Virus record (IMG/VR): IMGVR_UViG_3300006879_000021
Coordinates: 1-24,894 of that record
DNA: 24,894 bases
Reading direction: 5' to 3' (one strand)
Source of the DNA: a virus
Taxonomy: Duplodnaviria; Caudoviricetes
Shown here: positions 1 through 7,781 of the stretch, one piece after another
How the letters are laid out: the number at the start of each line of letters is the position of its first letter
How positions within the stretch are numbered: the first letter of the stretch is position 1
The notes under the pieces: generated by a model
Seen by the model: the letters and a program-made list of their open reading frames with translations, nothing else
What the model was told of the DNA's origin: nothing
Database searches by the model: none
Program-made: the position numbers and the translations under genes

Positions 1-16
1 TGATCCCTTTAGATCT

Positions 17-343
17 ATGAATGAATTAAGTGTTTCAGACATGGCGCGCGCTCTATACATCGGCTATGAAGTAGAACCGAAATACTGTGTGGGGAAATGG
101 GTTGTTGTAACAGATGGATTCGAAGAGATTGGAAGGATCTCAAAGATTACCAAGGTCTCTGGCAGGAGTGTTCTACTAGAAGGCGTGAACAATTGTTGGT
201 GGGAGTTTAGCCAAATTCGTTACGCCACCGAACAAGAAATAGCTGCCGAAAAAGGTCGGAGGTCAGAAGTGAAACTAAGCGAAATATTACATGATTTAAC
301 CATTAAAGAAAAACAAAGATTACGCCAAATATTAAATAGTTGA
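17..343 (+). CDS. Phage hypothetical protein (may start upstream of the window)
   Basis: 108-aa ORF co-oriented with and abutting the next gene. No clear RBS within the first 16 nt. Confidence 0.6.
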   Translation: MNELSVSDMARALYIGYEVEPKYCVGKWVVVTDGFEEIGRISKITKVSGRSVLLEGVNNCWWEFSQIRYATEQEIAAEKGRRSEVKLSEILHDLTIKEKQRLRQILNS

Positions 344-344
344 G

Positions 345-839
345 GTGATACCAATTAAACAATATCTCACACCAGAAGATTACGAAATTGCAGAATCTAA
401 CGGCATAAGCGAACGGCTGGTATACGAGCGTTTTTATATTAATGACTGGACGGCAGAACGTGCCATAACGCAGCCGGTAAAACGTAAAGGGAAATTAAAA
501 AAGTTAGTAGAAGAAGCTCACTCTAACGGAATAATGATATCCAGAAGTGGGATGCAAGCAAGGATGAGAAAAATGTCCGATTACGATGCAGTTAATACTC
601 CGTTAAGGGAATCATCAAGTGAGTACGTTGCTATAGCAGAAGAGAACGGCATAAGTAGGCAAGCGTATTATTCCAGAAGGAAACGAGGTTGGGATAAGGA
701 GTTAGCTAGTACTTGGCCTGTTGGTAAGAGTAGGAAGGAAGTTGCAGTTAAGCCAACTGCATCAGATGACTTATCGGAATCCGAGATTGCCAGGATATTA
801 AACATTGAGGTGGGTAGTCCGCATAATTCGTGGTTCTAA
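345..839 (+). CDS. Phage DNA-binding protein with repeated HTH-like units
   Basis: Internal repeats 'YEIAESNGISERLVYERF..W..ERAITQPV' and 'YVAIAEENGISRQAYYSR..GW..ELASTWPV', plus a degenerate middle copy. Start is uncertain: the SD GAGGTG (342-347) overlaps the GTG. Confidence 0.7.
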   Translation: MIPIKQYLTPEDYEIAESNGISERLVYERFYINDWTAERAITQPVKRKGKLKKLVEEAHSNGIMISRSGMQARMRKMSDYDAVNTPLRESSSEYVAIAEENGISRQAYYSRRKRGWDKELASTWPVGKSRKEVAVKPTASDDLSESEIARILNIEVGSPHNSWF

Positions 840-859
840 AATAAAGGGAGGAATAAAAA

Positions 860-1069
860 ATGGGAGTTTTCGAGGTGTTAACAATAGTGTTTGTAATTTT
901 AAAGTTAACGAGCGTTATTGATTGGAGTTGGTGGTTAGTATTGCTACCGGAAATTATTGCGGTGGGAATATATGTAATCGTGCTGATATTTTGGCTGGTA
1001 TTCGGGATATTTGGTTTTAGGAAGGTTAAAAAGATAAGTAAGGATTTTGATGATGAGTTCTTCAATTAG
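860..1069 (+). CDS. Small two-TM phage membrane protein
   Basis: Strong RBS GGGAGG. Hydrophobic 'LTIVFVILKLTSVIDWSWWLVLLP' motif of a kind common in Firmicute phages; charged C-terminus. Confidence 0.8.
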   Translation: MGVFEVLTIVFVILKLTSVIDWSWWLVLLPEIIAVGIYVIVLIFWLVFGIFGFRKVKKISKDFDDEFFN

Positions 1070-1191
1070 TAGTAATTAAATAATACACAGCCCACTCATA
1101 AGCTTAGATAACTAGACAACTAGACAAATACATACAGCGAGATTTAAAACGCCTGTGGGTGGGTTAAATTGATTATTTGGAGGTAGTGGGG

Positions 1192-1398
1192 ATGTTTATT
1201 GTAAGAAAGTTATCTACTGGAAAAGTCCATGCTACAAGTTCACGAGATTCACATGAAACTACATGCGGACAACCTTGTCGGAGCAACATAATTAACGAAT
1301 GCAACCACGGGTTCGGTTCAATAAAAAATACCAACGAAATATTAAATGTTCCTGAAGTTACTTGTAAAAAATGTATTAAGTTAAACCACAGGAGGTAA
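1192..1398 (+). CDS. Small Cys-rich hypothetical protein (possible Zn-binding)
   Basis: RBS GGAGGT (1179-1184) before an in-frame ATG at 1192. Contains H..TCGQPC and VTCKKC. Confidence 0.7.
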   Translation: MFIVRKLSTGKVHATSSRDSHETTCGQPCRSNIINECNHGFGSIKNTNEILNVPEVTCKKCIKLNHRR

Positions 1399-1403
1399 TA
1401 CAA

Positions 1404-1565
1404 ATGTCTCCACGTTGGATGATAGAAAGAAAACGCACGAACAGAGATCATGAAGTTCTGCAAGTCGTTGAAATCTATGCAGAAGGCGAGAACAAGGAAT
1501 TAGTTAAGTTGGAAAACAAACATTGGACATATAAAAAAGAGTTATTACTGGTGGAGGATAATTGA
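1404..1565 (+). CDS. 53-aa hypothetical protein not in the ORF track (MSPRWMIERKRTNRDHEVLQ...LLLVEDN)
   Basis: Hand translation. RBS AGGAGGT (1390-1396); stop overlaps the next ATG (TGATG). Confidence 0.75.
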   Translation: MSPRWMIERKRTNRDHEVLQVVEIYAEGENKELVKLENKHWTYKKELLLVEDN

Positions 1566-1747
1566 TGAATGTCCGCATTAAATACGGACTCGTCCGCTTT
1601 TATGAAAACGATCAGGAATCAGTGTTTGCTCTTTATGAGGATACGAAAGGCTATGTACATTATAAAGATATGTTTTCCGATATGGAACCGGAAGTAATGC
1701 CGGCAAGTGTATTTTATACAGAATATGAATGGGTGAGGGATGAATGA
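1565..1747 (+). CDS. Phage hypothetical protein
   Basis: RBS GGAGGA upstream. TGATG coupling to the previous ORF; its stop overlaps the start of dut. Confidence 0.75.
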   Translation: MNVRIKYGLVRFYENDQESVFALYEDTKGYVHYKDMFSDMEPEVMPASVFYTEYEWVRDE

Positions 1748-2397
1748 TGAACTTAAAAAAATTATTCAATATACAAGCAAAACTAGATGAACGAATTGTA
1801 CAGGAGCATGGACTGGAAGGACAGGACTTGCTGGATAAGAAGATTTTAGCATTGCAGGTTGAATTGGGTGAGTTGGCTAATGAGTGGCGCGGGTTTAAGT
1901 TTTGGAGTAAGGATCAAAGGCCTAGAAATTATGCCGTAAAACACCTTCATACAGAAGCAGAAAAAGCGGATTTTTGGCAATGTGGAGACAGGTTTAATTG
2001 CGGCCACAAATCATATGATTATATGCGAGAATGCGAAAAATGCGGTTGGGATTCCTTTCCTTACAAAAGGGAGAACCCACTTCTAGAAGAATACGTTGAT
2101 TGCCTGCATTTTATATTGAGTATTGGGTTGGAATTAGGATATGAACACACGCCAACAACAAAATGGCAAGAAAGGTCAATTACTTTACAATTTAATAGCT
2201 TATTTCATGCGATTGCGATACTCAATGAGTCTATTGAAAGCGGGTGGGATGAACTTGAAAAACAAGATAATTTCGAAAATATAGTAGGTGGATTTTTAGG
2301 TTTGGGCGACATGCTCGGCTTCACCTGGGAACAAATAGAACAAGCTTACTTTGATAAAAATAAAATTAATCATGAAAGGCAGGACACAGGTTATTAA
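1744..2397 (+). CDS. dut: Dimeric (all-alpha, dUTPase_2 family) dUTPase with a Cys4 insertion
   Basis: Motifs 'Q..LD', 'ALQVELGELANEWRGFKFWS', 'LLEEYVDCLHFILSIG' and 'AYFDKNKINHERQDTGY' are typical of dimeric phage dUTPases. Confidence 0.92.
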   Translation: MMNLKKLFNIQAKLDERIVQEHGLEGQDLLDKKILALQVELGELANEWRGFKFWSKDQRPRNYAVKHLHTEAEKADFWQCGDRFNCGHKSYDYMRECEKCGWDSFPYKRENPLLEEYVDCLHFILSIGLELGYEHTPTTKWQERSITLQFNSLFHAIAILNESIESGWDELEKQDNFENIVGGFLGLGDMLGFTWEQIEQAYFDKNKINHERQDTGY

Positions 2398-2398
2398 T

Positions 2399-2596
2399 AT
2401 GAAAAACACAATCCAATGGACAATCCTAATCATACTCATTGCTGTTGCAGGTATATACACATATACCAATCATAATAAAGTTAACGTGATTATGGAGCGA
2501 CAGCAGAATAAAATCGAAGCATTGCAGGAAGAGAATACAGCGTTACATGATACTGTATGGAATTTGAATAATCAGCTGATGAAAATCAATAAGTAA
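2399..2596 (+). CDS. Small N-terminally membrane-anchored coiled-coil protein
   Basis: ATG at 2399 directly after the dut stop. One hydrophobic segment, then a heptad-like 'QQNKIEALQEENTALHDTV'. Confidence 0.7.
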   Translation: MKNTIQWTILIILIAVAGIYTYTNHNKVNVIMERQQNKIEALQEENTALHDTVWNLNNQLMKINK

Positions 2597-2607
2597 AGGG
2601 TGATCCA

Positions 2608-3042
2608 ATGCAAATCATGAATAGTTATTCTGACCTTATGATTGAAATTGAATTAGTTAAAGACCAGATTGAGTATACGAAAAAGGAAATTAAGTATTGG
2701 TTCGGTGTAGATGTAGATAAAGAGAGTGGCATTCCTTTAATGGGGTCAGGAGATCATGAATTCGGACTAAATGCTGCTTTAATTCAATCAGAAAAGAAAC
2801 TAACTTCTTATCACAACCTCAATGAAAGACTAAAAGAGTTAGAATATGCTAAGGTTCGCATGGATATATTGCTCGAACAACTTGAAGGACTGGATTATAA
2901 AATAGCATTCAAGCGCATTGTGGAATTTAAAACACATCAGGAAATTGCAGATGAATTAGGTTACTCACATCAGTATATAAGAGAAGTGTGGACGAGGATA
3001 AGAACCTACAAAGAGCATACAGACTCTATTGCGAATGTGTGA
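2608..3042 (+). CDS. Late transcriptional activator, ArpU/RinA-like (C-terminal sigma-region-4-like HTH)
   Basis: C-terminal 'KTHQEIADELGYSHQYIREV' HTH. It is the last gene before the packaging module, the canonical position for this family. Confidence 0.8.
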   Translation: MQIMNSYSDLMIEIELVKDQIEYTKKEIKYWFGVDVDKESGIPLMGSGDHEFGLNAALIQSEKKLTSYHNLNERLKELEYAKVRMDILLEQLEGLDYKIAFKRIVEFKTHQEIADELGYSHQYIREVWTRIRTYKEHTDSIANV

Positions 3043-3050
3043 TATTGTAT
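3005..3050 (+). promoter_or_regulatory. Candidate activator-dependent late promoter
   Basis: TACA direct repeat at 3007 and 3018 (11-bp spacing), then an extended -10-like TG-a-TATTGT (3040-3048) with no good -35. Inferred from position at the end of the activator gene. Confidence 0.35.
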
Positions 3051-3129
3051 TAGTATAAGAAATTTAATGCAGTATCATTTATCAAACATCTAAGGTGCTG
3101 GGCGTGGAAACCTGGCGCCAATTTACTTA

Positions 3130-3161
3130 TTGGTAATATTCCCACGTTATGGTAATATAAT
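3130..3161 (+). promoter_or_regulatory. SigA-like promoter of the lipoprotein moron
   Basis: TTGGTA (3130-3135)-N17-TAATAT (3153-3158) with extended TG at 3150-3151, and an overlapping TATAAT at 3156-3161. Confidence 0.6.
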
Positions 3162-3163
3162 AG

Positions 3164-3241
3164 TAAGGCTAGCCTGACGGGGCGAAAAGCAGTTACCCGA
3201 CTGCCTGCCTTAAATAATATCGGGCAAACCGTGGGAGGTTT
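3164..3241 (+). ncRNA. Candidate structured 5' leader (three-way junction plus pseudoknot)
   Basis: Stems paired by eye: P1 TAAGGC/GCCTTA, P2 GCCT/GGGC, P3 GCAGT/ACTGC. The P3 loop CCCG is complementary to downstream CGGG (3221-3224). Confidence 0.45.
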
Positions 3242-3246
3242 ACTAA

Positions 3247-3636
3247 ATGAAACTTAGTGTAAAGATCATGTTGTTGGGAATATCCATTCTTTTGTTATCA
3301 GCTTGTGGTCAACAGGCAATGATCGAGGATGATAAATTTACATTTGAAGAAGAAGAGTTCAAAGAAGTGTATGAAAGAGTAAACGACAAGAACTTTCCAG
3401 ACAATATAATTGTGGATGAGATACTTGTAAACCTAGATGGCAATAATCGTGATGAGGCAGTTGAGTTCTTGAAAGCAACTGATGAGTTAATGGAATACGA
3501 AGAGATAGAAAGACTAATTGATAGCATAGAAAAGGACGAAGATGATATACCGAATACTATAGAGAATGGGGATATAACCATTTCGTATATCGAAGCCTAT
3601 GGAGATGTTAGTGTTTCGATATACCCAAGAACATAA
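3247..3636 (+). CDS. Acidic lipoprotein moron (candidate superinfection exclusion)
   Basis: Signal peptide with lipobox LSA-C. Very acidic mature part. Has its own promoter, RBS GGGAGG and terminator. Confidence 0.85.
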   Translation: MKLSVKIMLLGISILLLSACGQQAMIEDDKFTFEEEEFKEVYERVNDKNFPDNIIVDEILVNLDGNNRDEAVEFLKATDELMEYEEIERLIDSIEKDEDDIPNTIENGDITISYIEAYGDVSVSIYPRT

Positions 3637-3655
3637 TAGCATACACAGAATGGCT

Positions 3656-3686
3656 AAGGCATCTACTTTGTAGGTGTCTTTTTTAT
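3656..3686 (+). terminator. Rho-independent terminator
   Basis: AAGGCATCTAC-TTT-GTAGGTGTCTT stem followed by a T-tract. Confidence 0.85.
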
Positions 3687-3713
3687 TATGTATAAAAGGA
3701 GACAGGGAATACC

Positions 3714-4070
3714 ATGACAAAGTATAAGTGCTTGAAGTGTGGGTATATAGACATCAGGCAAGGCGAACAGGAAGTAGCAATATGTAGTAGATGCAATGGT
3801 GCTTCAATTGATTTGCTTAAGATGGCTAAGTGTCTGGATTATAACAAACCATTGTTATCTATTGAACTCCAGGACGAAACCTCTGTACCTAAAGTATTCT
3901 ACAAAGGTGAAGAGGTTAAGCTCAAGACGAACGTACAGTTTGATTGGGACACAGACACAGAGTATATGGGTGGACTCACCTATGCCATTGAACACTACGA
4001 GCACGGCATGGTTCCTCCAGTCATCAACAGGATCGAACGCAGGGTGAAGGGTCATGCGATGGACTACTAA
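3714..4070 (+). CDS. Phage protein with N-terminal Zn-ribbon
   Basis: CLKC...CSRC motif; RBS AAGGAG/AGGGA upstream. Confidence 0.7.
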   Translation: MTKYKCLKCGYIDIRQGEQEVAICSRCNGASIDLLKMAKCLDYNKPLLSIELQDETSVPKVFYKGEEVKLKTNVQFDWDTDTEYMGGLTYAIEHYEHGMVPPVINRIERRVKGHAMDY

Positions 4071-4359
4071 ACGGATAGGTGATGCCATCTACCACACAAA
4101 AGCATGGCGTAGGCTAAGACAAGCATACTATCAAAGTCAACATGGTATCTGTGAAAGATGTTCTAGTCCTGGGGATGTTGTACACCATGTAATACACATA
4201 ACAGCAGACAACGTTAATGATCCGGACGTGACACTCAATGCAGATAACTTAGAATTACTTTGTCATGACTGCCACAATAGACACCACAAACAAACTACTT
4301 CATCAGTACGTGATGGATTCGCATTTGATGATGAAGGGAATCTAATACAGGCAAAATAG
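4054..4359 (+). CDS. HNH endonuclease (HK97 gp74-like terminase cofactor)
   Basis: 'YHTKAWRRLR', 'CERC', 'VHHVI', 'NLELLCHDCHNRHH'. Lies directly upstream of terS. Confidence 0.93.
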   Translation: MRWTTKRIGDAIYHTKAWRRLRQAYYQSQHGICERCSSPGDVVHHVIHITADNVNDPDVTLNADNLELLCHDCHNRHHKQTTSSVRDGFAFDDEGNLIQAK

Positions 4360-4360
4360 C

Positions 4361-4453
4361 GGGTACCCCCCTTGGTTGGGGGCTTTTTCAAGCAAAAAAT
4401 AAGCGACGCATGAGGTTAACGTGATGCGCAGGAGATTTTCACATAAGGGGGGG
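4361..4453. other. Candidate cos packaging region
   Basis: Gap between HNH and terS, bounded by a C6 tract (4366-4371) and a G7 tract (4447-4453). Contains the imperfect palindrome CGCATGAGGTTAACGTGATGCG (4407-4428). The HNH-cos-terS arrangement is typical of cos phages. Confidence 0.6.
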
Positions 4454-4462
4454 TTAAACAAA

Positions 4463-4822
4463 ATGACAGTACTTAGCATAGATGAACAAAACAAATTAAT
4501 ATCCGCTGAAATCACAAAATTGGAATCGATATTTGAGGATATTTCCGACGAAAAGCAAAAAGTTGCAAAGAGATTAATTGAACGTGTTGCCTTCATGACA
4601 ATTACACTTCAAATACTAGAAGATGATATAAAAAACAAAGGCCCGACTTATAAATTTGAACAAGGGGCACAAAAAATGTATGTGGAAAACCCGTCACAAA
4701 AATCTTATAACACAATGATCAACCGATATACCGCTGCTTATGACAAGCTGTTTAACCTCCTGCCAAAAGAAGTTGCAGTCGAGGAAGATGATGGCTTTGA
4801 TAGCTTCATTGGTAAAAGATGA
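4463..4822 (+). CDS. terS: Terminase small subunit
   Basis: G-rich RBS before ATG 4463. 'LIERVAFM...LEDDIKNKG....ENP.QKSYNTMINRY'; ATGA overlap with terL. Confidence 0.85.
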   Translation: MTVLSIDEQNKLISAEITKLESIFEDISDEKQKVAKRLIERVAFMTITLQILEDDIKNKGPTYKFEQGAQKMYVENPSQKSYNTMINRYTAAYDKLFNLLPKEVAVEEDDGFDSFIGKR

Positions 4823-6504
4823 AAAAATATCCTTTGTCGTATAATCCGATTATTGAGTATTGGAACAAGATTAAGTCCGGTGAAGTGGTTGTCGGTATTA
4901 AGGTAAAGCGAGTGTATAAAAAGTTAGTTGACGATATCCATGATCAGGAGTCGGTTTATGAGTATTCTCCCGAAAGAGCCAACCATGCTATTGAATTTGT
5001 GGAAGGGTATACGAAGCATTCAAAGGGAGAAATGGGCGGGAAACCTTTTATATTAGAATTATGGCAGAAGGCTATGACTGCCGCATTGTTTGGATTCATC
5101 CATAAGACAGAAGAGACTCGCAAATATCGCGAGTTTATTTTAATTGTGGCGAGAAAAAATGGAAAGTCAGCATGGGCGAGCGCTATTGGGTTGTATATGT
5201 TGATGGCTGATGCTGAGCCTGGCCCGGAAATCGTTAGCGTTGCCACTAAAAAAGACCAAAGTAAAATAGTTTGGTTGGAATCAAAGCGAATGGTGAAAAA
5301 ATCACCTATATTAAATAAGCGAGTTAGATCACTGGTAGCCGAATTGCTATCAGACTTTAATGATGGATCGTTTAGGCCTTTGTCGAGTGATTCTAATACA
5401 TTGGATGGGTTAAACCTACACGCAAGCCTAATTGACGAATTACACGCAATAGAAGATAAGAATTTATATGATGTAATTGTGGACGGCATGAGTGCAAGGA
5501 AACAGCCCATCTCTCTCATTACCACAACAGCGGGAACAGTACGCGAAGGCATATTTGATATTAAGTATGATGAAGTAGAACGAATCATTAATGGTTATGA
5601 TGATCCAAACGGTTATAAAGATGAACACGTTTTGCCAATTGTGTATGAGTTGGATCATCGTGCTGAGTGGACAAATCCTAAGATGTGGGAAAAAGCCAAC
5701 CCTGGTCTTGGGACGATCAAAAAACTAGATGAATTAGAGCGAAAAGTAAATAAGGCAAAAGCGAATCCTTTGTTGGTTACTAACCTGCTTACGAAAGACA
5801 TGAATATCCGTTCCACAGGAAGTGAATCGTGGCTAACGTTCGAGCAGTTAGATAATAAAGACACGTTCGACATCGGAGAATTAAAGCCTAGCTACGGCAT
5901 TGGGGGGGTGGATTTATCAAGTAGTGTCGATTTAACGGCGGCTTGTGCAATGTTTCAACTACCCAATGATGATCAGATTTATTATAAGCACATGTACTGG
6001 ATACCAGAGGATTTATTAGAGGAAAGGGTTAATTCTGATAAGGTACCATACGATGCCTGGAAAGAACAGGGTTTCCTTAGAACGACACCAGGCAATAAAG
6101 TTCATTATAAGTTCGTTGTGGATTGGTTTTTAGAATTACGAGACGAACATGATTTATATCTGCCTTGGATTGGTTATGACTCATGGAGCGCTACTTACTT
6201 CGTGGAAGAAATGCAGAGTCACTTTGGCAGGGATGCCATGTTGCCAGTTATTCAGGGCAAGAAAACATTATCCGGACCCATGAAAGCAATGGGGGCTGAC
6301 TTAGAAAGTAAAAGAATCAATTACGGTAATAATCCAGTAACTAAGTGGAATCTTTCAAACGTATCTGTGGATGTGGATCGGAATGATAATATACAACCGT
6401 CAAAAGGTAAACAGCAAAGAAAAAGGATTGATGGGGTCGCAGCTATGCTTAATGCGTTTGTTGTGTACCAGAATAAAAATCAAGACTATATGAACATGGT
6501 GTGA
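4819..6504 (+). CDS. terL: Terminase large subunit (Terminase_1 family)
   Basis: Walker A 'VARKNGKS', Walker B 'LIDELH', motif III 'ITTTAG', nuclease motifs 'GGVDLS' and 'RIDGVAA'. Confidence 0.97.
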   Translation: MKKYPLSYNPIIEYWNKIKSGEVVVGIKVKRVYKKLVDDIHDQESVYEYSPERANHAIEFVEGYTKHSKGEMGGKPFILELWQKAMTAALFGFIHKTEETRKYREFILIVARKNGKSAWASAIGLYMLMADAEPGPEIVSVATKKDQSKIVWLESKRMVKKSPILNKRVRSLVAELLSDFNDGSFRPLSSDSNTLDGLNLHASLIDELHAIEDKNLYDVIVDGMSARKQPISLITTTAGTVREGIFDIKYDEVERIINGYDDPNGYKDEHVLPIVYELDHRAEWTNPKMWEKANPGLGTIKKLDELERKVNKAKANPLLVTNLLTKDMNIRSTGSESWLTFEQLDNKDTFDIGELKPSYGIGGVDLSSSVDLTAACAMFQLPNDDQIYYKHMYWIPEDLLEERVNSDKVPYDAWKEQGFLRTTPGNKVHYKFVVDWFLELRDEHDLYLPWIGYDSWSATYFVEEMQSHFGRDAMLPVIQGKKTLSGPMKAMGADLESKRINYGNNPVTKWNLSNVSVDVDRNDNIQPSKGKQQRKRIDGVAAMLNAFVVYQNKNQDYMNMV

Positions 6505-6518
6505 GGAGGTGAAACTAA

Positions 6519-7781
6519 TTGGGATTAATAGACTGGATGTTTGGCAAAAAAGCAACCGAACCACAAACAACAACATCTGCAAAGTTAATTACAGATGCAG
6601 GGGAAGGTTTCTATGCTTTTGATGGTCGGATATACGAAAGTGATATTGTTCGATCTTGTATACGTCCTAAAGCACGAGCAATAGGAAAGTTATCGGCGCA
6701 ACATATAAAAGATAACGATAACAACTTCAAGGTGAACCCGGATGAAAACATAAAGTTTTTACTGGAAGAACCTAATCCACTCATGACCGGGCAGGTGTTC
6801 CGAGAAAAGATGGCAACGCAATTGGAATTAAACAATAACGCTTTTGCGGTAATTAAAAGAGACGAAAACACTTTTGAACCTTATGAAATATACCCTGTTC
6901 CGGCTGCTAGGGTTGACATGATGGAAGGTGCTATGGGAGATATGTATTTGAAATTTCATTTCTTGGATGGAAAGCAGATGATTGTTCCGTATGTGGACGT
7001 TATTCATCTAAGGCAGGATTTTAACAGTCATAATCTATTCGGGGATCATCCGGGGCAGGCACTAACTGAATTGATGGATGTTGTTACCACGATTGACCAG
7101 GGAATGAAGAAGGCTATTCAAAATAGCGCTGTAATTAAGTGGATCATGAAATTCACCAGTGTGTTAAAGCCAGAAGATATTCAAATTGAAGTGGATAAAT
7201 TTACGAAAAATTATTTGAGTATCGAAAATCAAGGCGGAGCAGCTGCCAGTGATCCGCGATATGATCTGCAACAGGTAGAAAATAAAAGCTATGTTCCAGA
7301 TGATAAGCAAATGAACAACACCACAAAGCGGATATATGATTTTTTCAATACGAATACAAAGATTGTGCAAAGTCGTTTTGATGAGAATGAGTGGAATGCG
7401 TACTACGAATCCACAATTGAACCCGTGGCTTTACAACTTGCAGGAGAATACACTAGAAAAATTTTTTCTAAAGGTGAGCGTAGGCGCGGAAACAAGATTG
7501 TATTTGAAAGTCTGAACTTGCAATACGCTTCCATGCGGACGAAGTTGAGCCTTGTGCAGTTTGTTGACCGCGCTATGATGTCTCCTAACGAGGCTAGGAA
7601 GGTATTTAACTTACCACCTGTTGAGGGTGGGGATGAACTTATCAGACGCTTAGACACTGCACCAGTAAACGATCAAGGATTGCCTAAGGATGACGAAGAT
7701 GATGTGGACAATGGCTTTAAAGGGGGTGATGACGATGACGAAGGACAAGACGGAGATACGGGACCAGACGAACAAGATTGA
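6519..7781 (+). CDS. Portal protein, HK97 family
   Basis: RBS GAGGAGGTG with TTG start. 'LLEEPNPLMTG', 'NNNAF', 'DVIHLR', 'MSPNEARKVFNLPPVEGGD'. Confidence 0.95.
   Translation: MGLIDWMFGKKATEPQTTTSAKLITDAGEGFYAFDGRIYESDIVRSCIRPKARAIGKLSAQHIKDNDNNFKVNPDENIKFLLEEPNPLMTGQVFREKMATQLELNNNAFAVIKRDENTFEPYEIYPVPAARVDMMEGAMGDMYLKFHFLDGKQMIVPYVDVIHLRQDFNSHNLFGDHPGQALTELMDVVTTIDQGMKKAIQNSAVIKWIMKFTSVLKPEDIQIEVDKFTKNYLSIENQGGAAASDPRYDLQQVENKSYVPDDKQMNNTTKRIYDFFNTNTKIVQSRFDENEWNAYYESTIEPVALQLAGEYTRKIFSKGERRRGNKIVFESLNLQYASMRTKLSLVQFVDRAMMSPNEARKVFNLPPVEGGDELIRRLDTAPVNDQGLPKDDEDDVDNGFKGGDDDDEGQDGDTGPDEQD

Noticed and set aside
3174-3210. Hammerhead-ribozyme-like core (CTGACGG...GAAA)
   Set aside because: The core deviates from CUGANGA, there is no room for stem II, and there is no proper stem III/NUH cleavage triplet.
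3222-3230. GGGCAAACC resembling the start of a c-di-GMP-I riboswitch
   Set aside because: The GNRA-capped stem and the second stem are absent, and the start codon follows within about 16 nt.
4421-4462. Longer GTG-start version of terS
   Set aside because: It has no SD and lies in the candidate cos region; ATG 4463 has a strong G-rich SD.
4956-5873. Minus-strand ORFs within terL
   Set aside because: Antisense shadows of a conserved gene, with no recognisable motifs.
4819-6504. Possible intron or intein in terL
   Set aside because: The ORF is continuous and of normal length (561 aa), with normally spaced motifs.
7690-7781. Portal/protease overlap and acidic portal tail as a recoding site
   Set aside because: The protease has its own SD and ATG at 7735; short overlaps with low-complexity tails are common.
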